From positions 874,776-938,775 of the forward strand of contig NW_018407210.1 of NCBI RefSeq assembly GCF_002113885.1: 64,000 nucleotides of DNA, given 5' to 3'. A program made the position numbers and the translations under genes. Position 1 is the stretch's first letter. Every line of letters starts with the position of its first letter. This document shows, one piece after another, positions 26,349 through 40,211 of the stretch. The notes below the pieces were generated by a model. The model was not told the origin of the DNA. It saw only the letters and a list, made by a program, of their open reading frames with translations, and did not search any database. The DNA comes from Mizuhopecten yessoensis. Its lineage: Eukaryota.

Positions 26349-27055
26349 AATCAATAGAAACTCAAGGTGATCTGTACCTATATAGTCATCAAGCCAGCTG
26401 TATGAGGAATCAATATTTAATGGGAGAAATGCTCTGTCTGCTGTTGTTAGATAAACATGAATTATGAAATTTTATACAGAATGTACACATAATATTTTCA
26501 AAATAAGAAAAGAATTAAAACAACATAGTCCCCTTATATATCTATTCTCTCTCCAATTTTCTGCCAGCATTTTCACAGGTATGTATACATTGGCCATTGT
26601 CTTGAGGTATTCAAGTCTATCTTGTCATAACTTCCCCTATTATTTGACATTTTGTTATCCTTGTCAGGATTTTGTTTGATTTAACTGATCCGTTAGGTCT
26701 GTGTCCATATTTGTGTTTCTTTACATATATCATTAAGAAAAATTGTCAGATTCAGATCATTAAAGTATTGTACATGTACTTACAGTTTGGTTGCTTTGTA
26801 TGCATGACAACTCACAGGTAACTAATTGTAGTTTCAGATCCTGTGGCCTGTCCAATGTTATATATTACTGTAGAATTTCCCAGGTCAATGCTAGGCCTGT
26901 TACAGCATGAGTTGCATATGGTCTGTGTGTCTGTAAAACCTCTAATGATGTATAACATTAATTTGTGACCTTTTTCTACAGAACTTGACCCTGTAAAACT
27001 AAATTACCTTCACAATGTAGAATCATATGTGACCATGACTTTGCCTGTATTACAG

Positions 27056-27206
27056 CCACGCCCCAAGAAGCCCCCACCACCGGGGTCCACAAAGCAGGCT
27101 CCCAAGCTGCCAGAGAAGGCCCCAGTGTCAGATACAGCCAAACATGACAAACATGACAAGCCACTTCCACCAGAGCCTGCTGCAGACAAAGCCAAGAAAA
27201 AGGAGG
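27056..27206 (+). CDS. SH3KBP1: Pro-rich exon (PRPKKPPPPGSTKQAPKLPEK...DKAKKKE+g)
   Basis: tattacag| phase 0 start matches the SH3 exon end; donor g|gtaagt phase 1 (first of many duplicated donors). Confidence 0.85.
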
Positions 27207-28132
27207 GTAAGTCCCAGCTAATTATAGACAAAGCCAAGAAAAAGGAGGGTATACGTAAGTCCCAGCTAACTATAGACAAAGCCAAGAAAAAGGAGGGCAA
27301 GTCCCAGCAAACTATAGACAAAGCCAAGAAAAAGGAGGGTAAGTCCCAGCTAACTCTAGACAAAGCCAAGAAAAAGGAGGGTAAGTCCAAGCTAACTCTA
27401 GACAAAGCCAAGAAAAAGGAGGGTAGGTCCCAGCTAACTCTAGACAAAGCTAAGACAAAGGAGGGTAAGGCCCGGCTAACTATAGACAAAGCCAAGAAAA
27501 AGGAGTGTAAGTCCCAGCTAACTCTAGACAAAGCCAAGAAAAAGGAGGGTAGGTCCCAGCTAACTCTAGACAAAGCTAAGACAAAGGAGGGTAAGTCCCG
27601 GCTAACTATAGACAAAGCCAAGAAAAGGAGGGTAAGTCCCAGCTAACTCTAGACAAAGCTAAGACAAAGGAAGGTAAGTCCCGGCTAACTATAGACAAAG
27701 CCAAGAAAAAGGAGTGTAAGTCCCAGCTAACTCTAGACAAAGCCAAGAAAAAGGAGGGTGAGTCCCAGCTAACTATAGACAAAGCCAAGAAAAAGGAGGG
27801 GAAGTCCCAGCTAACTTAAGTCCCAGCTAACTCTAGACAAAGCCAAGAAAAAGGAGGGTGAGTCCCAGCTAACTATAGACAAAGCCAAGAAAAAGGAGTG
27901 TAAGTCCCAGCTAACCCTAGACAAAGCCAAGAAAAAGGAGGGTAAGTCCCAGCTAACTCTAGACAAAGCTAAGAAAAAGGAAGGTAAGTCCCGGCTAACT
28001 ATAGACAAAGCCAAGAAAAAGGAGGGTATACGTAAGTCCAAGCTAACTATAGACAAAGCCAAGAAAAAGGAGGGTAAGTCCCAGCTAACTTAAGTCCCAG
28101 CTAACTCTAGACAAAGCCAAGAAAAAGGAGGG
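27184..28132 (+). repeat. 42-bp minisatellite (~22 copies) containing the exon end and splice donor
   Basis: agacaaagccaagaaaaaggagG|GTAAGTcccagctaactct. Confidence 0.95.
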
Positions 28133-28582
28133 TGACTTCATCTCTCACTCACTGATACTTGTCTCCAAAGGATGGTATAGAAAACCAGCTCACAAAAACT
28201 GATGCTGCCTATAGATATACATAGACATTAACACTGAGGGTTTCTATATATAAACATTGAGAAAAACTTTCCTCAAGACTTGTAATTAGTACAGCGATGG
28301 GTTTACTGATATTCAGTCGAAAACTTTATTCAGAGGTCTGTTTTTGTCTTGTCTATGAGCTGGATTGTTATTTATTTTCAGATATAGATATATATATGTT
28401 ATCAAAATCAGCACCAAGTTTAACAATTTCACCCCAACATATTTAACTGGACTTGCCCAGTCTTTAATTTGGTAAGTTTCAAATATGACTTTAGGGGCGA
28501 ATGGGTAAAACCTGACTGCATTACACAAATACTAAGTAGAGATGCTGTGGGGTGCTAATTCTATATATTTTACATGTTACAG

Positions 28583-28753
28583 AACAGACAGACAAACACC
28601 ATCCACCAGCCATATCCAGTAAAAAGCCAAGTGTTCCACCTCCAGTGGGGCGCAAACCCATGCAGTCCAAGCCAATGGCCCCAGAGCCCAAGGCCCAGCG
28701 AGAAGAGCCCAAGGCCACTCCCAGCAAGGTGGAGAAGACAGAGACCCCTGGTG
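28583..28753 (+). CDS. SH3KBP1: Pro-rich exon (EQTDKHHPPAISSKKPSVPPPVGRKP...ETPG+g)
   Basis: tgttacag| ... g|gtaaga; 171 bp, phase 1 to 1. Confidence 0.85.
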
Positions 28754-29342
28754 GTAAGATTAGGCTCTTATTGACAGGAAAGGAATTAAAGGACTGTATA
28801 CAAAAAATCAGATGATTGTCAGATAAAAATTAAGCTACTTATTAGGATATAAATATATTCAGCGCAAGGAAAAATCATTGAGATTGCATCAACAGTCAGG
28901 TCCTCAGAATATTTCTATCCTGAAAGGCATTCATCTTGGAATTTGTTCTTGCTATTTCTCTGAAAATAAATATTTGTTCCCTATAGTACCACGTTTCATT
29001 TTGAGCATCCAGCTGCTTAATTAGAAGAAAAATATGGTTGCCAGAAGTCAGAAATCTCTCTTGTTCCTTTTTTTCTCATTAGTATTCTAGTAAGTAGATC
29101 AAACAACAGCGTCACTTTGAAATGACAATGTCAAACACATCAGTATGAAGTTTTGATCAAAAGTTGCCACAAGATATATTTAGAATTGACATGACTACAT
29201 ATCAATCAAGATTAGACATCAAACTAACATGGAACTACTGAGCATCCTAGGATGCTTGACACCACAATCCCTCTGGGATCTCTTGTTTACTGATGTAGGC
29301 ATATGGTTGATACTGTATTATTGATTGTATTTTTCTGTATAG

Positions 29343-29446
29343 ACACATTTGATAACATGGAAACATCTGACCGGTTGACCCACCTGACTGCCAGCAGAGC
29401 CAAAGGTCCAAGCAAGCGACCGCCATCACAAGTAATGTTCCACAAC
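29343..29446 (+). CDS. SH3KBP1: Exon containing the CPI/CARMIL-homology capping-protein-binding motif (LTHLTASRAKGPSKRPPSQ)
   Basis: Matches the LxHxTxxR(P/A)K(x6)P motif of CD2AP/CIN85; acceptor ttttctgtatag; phase-0 donors after 29431 (gtaatg) or 29446 (gtgagt). Confidence 0.9.
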
Positions 29447-29599
29447 GTGAGTCCCCGAGTCCTAACTGCTGCTAAGCCTCACATCTGGGCCAGCTATATC
29501 TCAAAGTTTGTCGGATACATTATAGCTATATCTGGTAGTTTGATTTGAAAAGACTATGTATTTTGTCAAAGAACGTTGTAGATGGAGGGACACATTATA

Positions 29600-30391
29600 A
29601 GCTCACCGGGTCCGAAGGACCAAGGTTAGCTTATGCTATACCGTGGCGTCCGTCGTCCGTCCGTCCGTCAACAATTTCTTTAAACGACTTCTTCTTCTTA
29701 ACCACTGATTTGAATTTAACTTAATTTGACTGGAAGCATCTCTAGGTGGTGGGGATTCAAAATTGTACAAATGGTGTGGCTGACCCCCCAGGGGGCTGAG
29801 GGGCGGGGCAAAAAGGGGGCAATTTGGCTATATTGCTTTAAGCGACATCTCCTCTGGAACTAAGAGATGGATATCAACCATATTTGACTGGAAGCATCCA
29901 TAGGTGGTGTGGATTCAAAATTGTACAAATGGTTGGGCTGACCCCCCAGGGGGCTGAGGGGCTGGGCCAAAAGGGGGCAATTTGGCTATATTGCTATAAA
30001 CGACTTCTTCCGTAGAACTATACCATGCAGTCATGATATTAGAATTGATGCTGGGGTCNNNNNNNNNNNNNNNNNNNNNNNNNNNNNNNNNNNNNNNNNN
30101 NNNNNNNNNNNNGCTGGGCAAAAAGAGACAAATGCAGTCATGATATTAGAATTGATCCTGGGGTCTGGCCACAACCCTAGGGACCTAGTTTCTGAGTCAC
30201 AGCTTGGAAACAGTTGAGATCCCCACCCCATAACCATACACAAAATTGCTGGGCATAAAAAATCAAATACAGATATGCTACAAGGATTGGCCTTGGGGTC
30301 TGGCATATTCCCTTGGATCTCATTTGGAGAATATTTTGCCATGATTGCTTAGATATCCAGGTGAGCGATACAGGCCCTCTGGGCCTCTTGT
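29600..30391 (+). mobile_element. Helentron-associated non-autonomous element (HINE/DINE-like), family A
   Basis: subTIR agctcacc..., 5' hairpin, (gtcc)n microsatellite, internal tandem repeats, 3' ccaggtgagc plus stem-loop aggccc-tct-gggcct; contains an N gap. Confidence 0.8.
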
Positions 30392-30621
30392 ATTTTAGAA
30401 AACGAGGCTTACATCTTCTCTCAAGCTTTGAACAAAATGGCTGGTCCTGGGTTTTATGTCATTCGTGTCAATTTGTACATCAAGAATTGGAGATCTTACT
30501 TGATATATTCAAATCCTGACTTTCAAAAAACTGAAAAACACAAAGTGTGTTAAATATCTGAAAACACAAGTTGATCTCCATTTTCTGGTACAATATATAG
30601 TGTCTGTTTAAGTCCATGGTC

Positions 30622-32391
30622 CCTTTGTTAGTGGGGATGTAGAATCAGGGCGAATACTTTGTTAGTGGGGATGTAGAATCAGGGCGTATACTTTGTTGGT
30701 GGGGATGTAGACTCAGGGCGTATACTTTGGCGGTGGAGATGTAGAATCAGGGCGTATACTTTGTTACTGGGGATGTAGAATCAGGGCGTATACTTTGGTG
30801 GTGGGGATGTAGAATCAGGGCGTATACTTTGTTCGTGGGGATGTAGAATCAGGGCGTATACTTTGTTGGGGGGGTTGTAGAATCAGGGCGTATACTTTGT
30901 TAGTGGCGATGTAGAATCAGGGCGTATACTTTGTTAGTGGCGATGTAGAATCAGGGCGTATACTTTGTTAGTGGAGATGTAGAATCAGGGCGTATACTTT
31001 GTTGGTGGGTATGTAGAATCAGGGCGAATACTTTGTTAGTGGGGATGTAGAATCAGGGAGTATACTTTGTTAGTGGGGATGTAGAATCAGGGTGTATACT
31101 TTGTTGGGGGGGGTGTAGAATCAGGGCGTATACTTTGTTAGTGGTGATGTAGAATCAGGGCGTATACTTTGTTAGTGGAGATGTAGAATCAGGGCGTATA
31201 CTTTGGTGGAGGAGATGTAGAATCAGGGCGTATACTTTGTTGGTGGGTATGTAGAATCAGGGCGAATACTTTGTTAGTGGGGATGTAGAATCAGGGCGCA
31301 TACTTTGTTAGTGGGGATGTAGAATCAGGGCGCATACTTTGTTAGTGGGGATGTAGAATCAGGGTGTATACTTTGTTGGGGGGGGTGTAGAATCAGGGCG
31401 TATACTTTGTTAGTGGAGATGTAGAATCAGGGCGTATACTTTGTTAGTGGAGATGTAGAATCAGGGCGTATACTTTGGTGGAGGAGATGTAGAATCAGGG
31501 CGTATACTTTGTTACTGGGGATGTAGAATCAGGGCGTATACTTTGGTAGTGGGGATGTAGAATCAGGGCGTATACTTTGGTGGAGGAGATGTAGAATCAG
31601 GGCGTATACTTTGTTGGTGGGTATGTAGAATCAGGGCGTATACTTTGTTGGTGGGTATGTAGAATCAGGGCGTATACTTTGTTGGTGGGGATTTAGAATC
31701 AGGGCGTATACTTTGTTAGTGGAGATGTAGAATCAGGGCGTATACTTTGGTGGAGGAGATGTAGAATCAGGGCGTATACTTTGTTGGTGGGTATGTAGAA
31801 TCAGGGCGTATACTTTGTTGGTGGGGATGTTGAATCAGGGCGTATACTTTGGTGGTGGAGATGTAGAATAAGGGCGTATACTTTGTTAGTGGGGATGTAG
31901 AACCAGGGCGTATACTTTGTTAGTGGGGATGTAGAATGAGGGCGTATACTTTGGTGGTGGAGATGTAGAATAAGGGCGTATACTTTGTTAGTGGGGATGT
32001 AGAAGCAGGGCGTATACTTTGTTGGTGGGGATGTAGACTCAGGGCGTATACTTTGGCGGTGGAGATGTAGAATCAGGGCGTATACTTTGTTACTGGGGAT
32101 GTAGAATCAGGGCGTATACTTTGGTGGAGGAGATGTAGAATCAGGGCGTATACTTTGTTGGTGGGTATGTAGAATCAGGGCGTATACTTTGTTGGTGGGT
32201 ATGTAGAATCAGGGCGTATACTTTGTTGGTGGGTATGTAGAATCAGGGCGTATACTTTGTTGGTGGGTATGTAGAATCAGGGCGTATACTTTGTTGGTGG
32301 GTATGTAGAATCAGGGCGTATACTTTGTTGGTGGGGATGTAGAATGAGGGCGTATACTTTGGTGGTGGAGATGTAGAATCAGGGCGTATAC
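30622..32391. repeat. 34-bp minisatellite (~52 copies)
   Basis: tactttgttagtggggatgtagaatcagggcgta. Confidence 0.95.
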
Positions 32392-32984
32392 GAGTAATGG
32401 TAATTGCTACATCAATAATGCAGCTAGGGTTGATCTATTGAAGGTATGTTGCAGATGCTGAATTTGACCTTCAGTTTACTATGCTAGTATCCATTCATAT
32501 ATCACAAAGAAAAATGTCAAGTCCTGTAAGTTCGACATCAGTACTATCCTGTGGGCAGATTTTGACAGAATACAAGCACTACCTATACTTTCAGAGGAAA
32601 TACTACAAAGTTTCACAAGCCTGATGTAAAATCTACTAGCCGTGGGCATTGGGCTTGTGTCATTGTACATACCTGTACATAGATATGATACTTGAATCAA
32701 TGATGCGGTTAGGGTCACGCTACTGAACTCATGTTGGGGATATTGAATTTTACCTTCATTTTATACTTCAGTGCACCTTGTACCATCTATAACTGTATTT
32801 CAGTATTCTACATTGTAACTGGGCATCTCCTCATGACTTGTCTATATATCCAGTGGAGGGAGGGATACTTATGACAACATTTTCTTACTCTATGACCTGG
32901 TGTCCATGGTGTCAGCACCATTATAATAATAACACTACTGGGTCAGAGCTGGGCAAGAAAAACAAAGAGGGACTGTAGGCCTGG

Positions 32985-33590
32985 CTAGCACAATAAGTCC
33001 ACAGGCCGGGTCACAGAGAAGGAGTAGCTGGTCGTCTGGTATCATGCTAACACAATAAGTCTGCAGGCCGGGTCACAGAGAGGGAGTAGCTGGTCGTCGG
33101 GTACCATGCCTAACACAATAAGTCCACAGGCCGGGTCACAGAGAGAGAGTAGCTGGTTGTCAGGTACCATGCTAACACAATAAGTCCACAGGCCGGGTCA
33201 TAGAAAGAGAGTAGCTGGTTGTCGGGTACCATGCTAACACAATAAGTCCACAGGCCGGGTCACAGAGAGGGAGTAGCTCGTCGTCGGGTTATGTACCATG
33301 CTAACACAATAAGTCCACAGGCTGGGTCACAGAGAGGGAGTAGCTGGTCGTTGGGTTATGTACCATGCTAACACACATAGATTGTATTTGCCATTGCTCT
33401 GCTTGCTAACAATTGGGGACTACTACTTACATGTAAATATTAGACTTATCAGATCTCATTTATAGAGCATCACCTACTTACATGTAAATATTGGACTAAT
33501 CAGATCTCATTTATAGAGCATCACGTACTTGCATGTAAATATTGGACTAATCAGATCTAATTTACAGAGCATCACCTATTTACATGACCA
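32985..33590. repeat. ~62-bp array and ~54-bp array
   Basis: aacacaataagtccacaggccgggtcacagag...; tacttacatgtaaatattggactaatcagatctc... Confidence 0.85.
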
Positions 33591-35969
33591 TTAGGTTTTG
33601 TTTAGTGATTAATACATCATAACTTTTTTATTTTAATATTCTTAATACCCAGATAATTAATAATTTATCCCAGATAATTAATAATCATAAATTTAGTTTC
33701 GGTTTGTTTATAAAATTACTATATTAAGTACAATTGATAAGTAATCAGTAGAAAAAGACTTGATTTCTTGGGGGAAAAAATGCCCATCGACATTTACATG
33801 TACCAATAATATATTCTGTGTTTGTTCTTTAATTGATGATAGTTTTCTGCTTGTTTTCTTTCTTTATGTTATTGACCAGCTTTTTTTTTGTAAAATATGA
33901 AACTGATGTATACAGCATGCTGTCAATAGTCAACATTTATTCAACCAATGTATTATAAAGTAATGTCTTTTCCCATCAATTGGTTTAGTCTCCTAATACA
34001 AAACACAGAAATGGTATGTGACAACCACTAGTCTTGTATGAATTCCTGAAGTTTACTTTCTCTGTTTATTATGATTGGAGCTTGAGTACAGAATTTAAGT
34101 TTGAACAATAACCTATATTTGTACATGTATACTTCAAATTTGAAATGAATTAAGAAATAAATAACCTTTCTATGGAAAAGATTAACTTTTGAGATTCATT
34201 AGTCAGAACTTAAGTTTATTTCAAGAAATTAGGTCCTAAACAGATAAGCATTGACATGCTAATAATGATCCATAATATATTATCATGGCACATTCTATTT
34301 ACATTGGTCACTGGACGAATAATTAATGAGCTAAACAAATTGTTAATAAAACAGGAAACTAATTATTTCCCTGATTCTTAACATTTAAATGGAAATGTTG
34401 GTGACTTGTTAAAATGAATCTGTGTTTCGTCTATAAATATTTGTTGTGTATTTATTGATTTAAGGGTGCTCATTTCTTCAGTAGAACTTGTAATATCCCA
34501 TGTATTGTTACAAGTAAACTTTCATGGTAATGTAAAACATTTTGCTTCAGAATTGTTCTTATTTTCAATACTCCTTGACTAAATTGATGGGAAACAAAAG
34601 GGATAAACAGACTAGAAAACAAAGAATAATTACTATTCTATATGATGTCATGTAATGGTCTGTTGGGAACCAAGAAAAGGACTGATAATGATATTTTAAA
34701 TTTTAACTGGATTTTGGTGGTCATCGTTTAAGTTAAAGGGTCAAAGGTTCAGGGTAAATATCACACTTGACCACTTTCGAAGTAAAGAACTTGTGGTACA
34801 AGATATCTCATGAACCGCTGAACAAATTACTTGATATTAACACTATAGTATGGTAACATGGGGTTTTACACGCGATAAGATGTTTAAACATTGGTGGTCA
34901 TCAGTCGAGGTTCAAAGGTCAAAGGCCATTATTAGTGGGGGGAAGGGTTGGGGGTATTGTATCTGTGTAAAAGATGGCAATGGAATCTGCCTCCATATTC
35001 TGAACTCCACTCTCTTAGCCATCAAGCCAGTCAATATTATACAACAGTTGATGTTTCTGTTGTCACTTGCAGATAGTAAAAATCTACATATTGTGCTAAA
35101 AAGTAATTAATATTTCTGTAATTTCTTTAAAAAAAATGTCGGAAAGGGTTAAAGAGGGATTAATTTTGTTTGCACAAATTCAAGGGTAGATAACTCTAGA
35201 TATGAGTACCCTTAAAAGCATGACCTTTGAACTGTCTATTTTGTAGTGCATGATTGTATATAATTTTCTTTTGGTTACAGAGGCAAAAAATCAACATGCG
35301 TTTTTGGCAGCAGGTATTGCTCATATATTATGGCTGCTAGGCATAGTGTGGGTAGTTGTTTTGGGCTAACAAAGATATACCTGTACACTGTACTGGACAT
35401 ACCTGTAGAATATACCAATCTCTGTCTCCTATAAATATTAGGTTAACTTCTAGGAATTGATTATGGCTAGTGAAAATGGTTGGTTAAGTATAAATCACAT
35501 TTTACCGACTAATTTTTCAGAAATTCTACAGAACATTTGCATAATACTACTTTTCTGCAGACAGGTATGAAACACCGTGTTAGGTTATAGTGTTTCACTT
35601 GGTCTAGACACTTATAACAAAATATTTGCATATAACAAATAAATTCAACAGATAAGATGTCTTAATATACATTTTCACAAGTTTACAAGTTCTTATGTTT
35701 TACAACTTTCATATTTCAATTACCTGGCAGGTTGTAATGTGTTAGTCTGAGGCTGGTCGTAATTTACTTGGTTCATGTATTTGATTTCTATGCTTCTCTA
35801 GAATGCAAATGTGAAGATTTACAAATTATTTCTGCTGAAGACTATACCCCAATACCTTTAATTAGGGCTCCGCATCAAGTTATGAGGTTGTCCATCTGTC
35901 TGTCTGTCCATTTCCTGCTTACAGTGTGATATCTTATTAAAGAAGGGTCAGATGTTGATCAAACTTTGC

Positions 35970-37330
35970 TGATGTACTACTTACCCAAGTCCCTCTCTCA
36001 TGTTAAATGATGTACCACTTACCAAAGTCCCTCTCTCATGTTAAATGATGTACTACTTACCCAAGTCCCTCTCTTATGTTAAATGATGTACTTCTTACCC
36101 AAGTCCCTCTCTCATGTTAAATGATGTAGTTCTTACCCAAGTCCCTCTCTCATGTTAAATGATGTACCACTTCCCCAAGTCCCTCTCTCATGTTAAATGA
36201 TGTACTTCTTACCTAAGTCCCTCTCTCATGTTAAATGATGTACTTCTTGCCCAAGTCCCTCTCTCATGTTAAATGATGTACTCCTTACCTAAGTCCCTCT
36301 CTCATGTTAAATGATGTACCACTTACTAAAGTCCCTCTCTCATGTTAAATGATGTACTACTTACCTAAGACCCTCTCTCATGTTAAATGATGTACCACTT
36401 ACCCAAGTCCCCCTCTCATGTTAAATGATGTACTTCATACCCAAGTCCCTCTCTCATGTTAAATGATGTACTGCTTACCCAAGTCCCTCTCTCATGTTAA
36501 ATGATGTACTTCTTGCCCAAGTCCCTCTCTCATGTTAAATGATGTACTCCTTACCTAAGTCCCTCTCTCATGTTAAATGATGTACTTCTTGCCCAAGTCC
36601 CTCTCTCATGTTAAATGATGTACTTCTTGCCCAAGTCCCTCTCTCATGTTAAATGATGTACTTCTTGCCCAAGTCCCTCTCTCATGTTAAATGATGTACT
36701 TCTTACCTAAGTCCCTCTCTCATGTTAAATGATGTACTTCTTGCCCAAGTCCCTCTCTCATGTTAAATGATGTACTCCTTACCTAAGTCCCTCTCTCATG
36801 TTAAATGATGTACTTCATACCCAAGTCCCTCTCTCATGTTAAATAATGTACTTCTTACCCAAGTCCCTCTCTCATGTTGAATGATGTACTACTTACCTAA
36901 GTCCCTCTCTCATGTTAAATGATGTACCACTTACCCAAGTCCCTCTCTCATGTTAAATGATGTACTTCATACCCAAGTCCCTCTCTCATGTTAAATAATG
37001 TACTTCTTACCCAAGTCCCTCTCTCATGTTAAATGATGTACTACTTACCCAAGTCCCTCTCTTAGGTTAAATGATGTACTACTTACTCAAGTCCCTCTCT
37101 CATGTTAAATGAGGTACTACTTACCCAAGTCCATCTCTCATGTTAAATGATGTACTACCTACCCAAGTCCCTCTCTTATGGTAAATGATGTACTACTTAC
37201 CTAAGACCCTCTCTCATGTTAAATGAGGTACTACTTACCCAAGTCCCTCTCTTAGGTTAAATGATGTACTACTTACCCTAGTCCCTCTCTTATGTTAAAT
37301 GATGTACTACTTACCCAAGTCCCTCTTTCA
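35970..37330. repeat. 38-bp minisatellite
   Basis: gatgtactacttacccaagtccctctctcatgttaaat. Confidence 0.95.
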
Positions 37331-37528
37331 GGCAATTTCTGTGCATATTTATTAGGCTGCTGTTTTCTGATTGGCTGATTTCTGTCTGCATGATATCTTC
37401 TGAAGGAATCGCCTAAATTTGATCAAACTTGTTACACTAATATACACTGGAGTTTGATGTTCAGCATATTCCCTGCATATTTAATGAATCTGCTGTGTTC
37501 AAACTGCTCGATTGCTTTCCAAATTTTT

Positions 37529-40211
37529 AGCTCACCTGGTCCGAAGGACCAAGGTGAGCTTATGCCATACTGTGGCGTCCGTCGTCCGTCCAACAGCAAT
37601 TTCTTTAAATGACTTCTTCTTCTTAACCACTGATTGGAATTTAACTAAATTTGACAGAAGCATCCCTAGGTGGTGGGGATTCAAAATTGTACAAATGGTG
37701 GGGCTGACCCCCAAGGAGGCTGAGGGGTGGGGCCAAAAGGGGGCAATTTGGCTATATTGCTACAAACGACTTCTTCTGTAGAACTATGCACTGGATATCA
37801 ATCATATTTAATCAAAAGCATGCATGGGAGGCAGGGATTCAAAATTGTACAAATGGTGGGGCTGACCCCCCAGGGGGCTGAGGGGCAGGGCAAAAAAGGT
37901 TTATTTGGCTATATTGCTTTAAGCGACTTCTTCTCTGGAACTAAGAGATAGATATCAACCATATTTGACTGGAAGCATCCCTAGGTGGGGGAGATTTAAA
38001 ATTGTACAAATGGCTGGGCTGACGGCGGGGCCAAAACAGGGCAATTTGGCTATATTGCTATAAACGTCTTCTTCTGTTGGACTATCCCATGGATATCGAT
38101 CATATTTGGTCGGAAGCATTCATGGGAGGCAGGGATTCAAAATTGTACAAATGGTGGGGCTGACCCCCTGGCTAAGGGGTTGGGCCAAAAAAGTTTATTA
38201 CTTGGAAATGGTTGAGATCCCCACCCTATAACCATATATACAATTGCTGAGTATAAAGAGATGAATGCACATATGCTTCCAGGATGGCCTTGGGGACTAC
38301 CCCACCCTTGGATACTTAACCCCTGGGTCATAACTTCGAAATGGTTAAGATCCCCACCCCAAAACTATATATACAATTGTTGCATGGTATAAAGAGACGA
38401 ATGCAGTCATGATATTAGAATTGACCCCAGGGTCTGCCCCACCCTTGCAGACTTAACCCCTGGGTCATAACTTTGAAAGGGTTGAGATCCCCACCCAAAA
38501 ACTATATATACAAATGCTGGGCAAAAAGAGACAAATGCAGTCATGATATTAGAATTGATCCTGGGGTCNNNNNNNNNNNNNNNNNNNNNNNNNNNNNNNN
38601 NNNNNNNNNNNNNNNNNNNNNNNNNNNNNNNNNNNNNNNNNNNNNNNNNNNNNNNNNNNNNNNNNNNNNNNNNNNNNNNNNNNNNNNNNNNNNNNNNNNN
38701 NNNNNNNNNNNNNNNNNNNNNNNNNNNNNNNNNNNNNNNNNNNNNNNNNNNNNNNNNNNNNNNNNNNNNNNNNNNNNNNNNNNNNNNNNNNNNNNNNNNN
38801 NNNNNNNNNNNNNNNNNNNNNNNNNNNNNNNNNNNNNNNNNNNNNNNNNNNNNNNNNNNNNNNNNNNNNNNNNNNNNNNNNNNNNNNNNNNNNNNNNNNN
38901 NNNNNNNNNNNNNNNNNNNNNNNNNNNNNNNNNNNNNNNNNNNNNNNNNNNNNNNNNNNNNNNNNNNNNNNNNNNNNNNNNNNNNNNNNNNNNNNNNNNN
39001 NNNNNNNNNNNNNNNNNNNNNNNNNNNNNNNNNNNNNNNNNNNNNNNNNNNNNNNNNNNNNNNNNNNNNNNNNNNNNNNNNNNNNNNNNNNNNNNNNNNN
39101 NNNNNNNNNNNNNNNNNNNNNNNNNNNNNNNNNNNNNNNNNNNNNNNNNNNNNNNNNNNNNNNNNNNNNNNNNNNNNNNNNNNNNNNNNNNNNNNNNNNN
39201 NNNNNNNNNNNNNNNNNNNNNNNNNNNNNNNNNNNNNNNNNNNNNNNNNNNNNNNNNNNNNNNNNNNNNNNNNNNNAGCTAACACTATCTCTGTGATTAC
39301 CCGTTAACAATAGCTCTACTAATTGAAATGATTTGCAGTCGCGATCGACGGACCGTGTTGTTGTTTTTTTCACTCGCCAACACGTGGCGTGAATTACGAA
39401 GCCCTACTGCATTGTCATAACTACAGACTGATTTGACTGATAAGGGATTATAAAAAATATGTTTATACTAGAAGCGTGGACAATCAATACATCCTCTTCA
39501 AATCTACTCCAAGGAAAAAAATAGTTAACACAGACTATTTTTACGATGCTTCATTTAATAAATATTGAAATAATTCACGAGGTTATTATCAATCACGTGT
39601 TTATGTAATGTCAGACGCGAGATCAACATGAAAGTGAGCCGGAAAAAAACCATGCTATACGTTATACGCATAGGCGATTTGAAAATACTTACAGAACTTA
39701 CATAGAACGGAGCTTAAATATGGGGAAACGCACCGAGATGTCGAAACGTAATGTCGTAAGTTGATCGGCGATTCTCTGGCATAGGAATTTGGCTAAACTT
39801 TTTTTTGTTAACGGTTACCTATTTATTAATACTTTTCACATAAACTCACATAACAACACATTATGTATCTTTTATTAATGTTTGACATAAATAAATTTGT
39901 TGATCGTCATTTGTCTTAGAGTTCCGTGTACCAAGGGACATAATCCAAGATGGCGATCTCTCAGAATCGTCGATCTTTTCCTGAAAAAAAATTGAATTTT
40001 TCTATACCTGTGTAGTTTACGCACCCCCCACTTTGGGTATTAAATTTCTGAAAAAAAAGTGCGCAAATTACATGGGTTTTTATGGTAATACAGATATGCT
40101 ACAAGGATTGGCCTTGGGGTGTGGCATATTCCCTTGGATCTCATTTGGAGGATATTTTGCAGTGATTGCTTAGATATCCAGGTGAGCGATACAGGCCCTC
40201 TAGAACTCTTG
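37529..40211 (+). mobile_element. HINE family A, second copy, with assembly gap and nested insertion
   Basis: Same termini and internal repeats as 29600-30391; T-rich flanks. Confidence 0.8.
39277..40087. mobile_element. Nested DNA transposon fragment with a Tc1/mariner (Tc2-like) terminus
   Basis: CpG-rich sequence absent from the first HINE copy; ends ...gcgcaaattacatgggtttttatggTA, then the HINE resumes (atacagatatgctacaagg); left end lost in the gap. Confidence 0.5.

Noticed and set aside
27010-28062. Minus-strand hydrophobic repeat ORFs
   Set aside because: Antisense shadow of the 42-bp Lys-rich repeat
33988-34013. Possible microexon before gtatgt
   Set aside because: Available acceptor/donor pairs do not preserve the phase-0 frame between exons 29446 and 43437
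38407-39373. Long ORFs containing X runs
   Set aside because: Artefacts of the N gap
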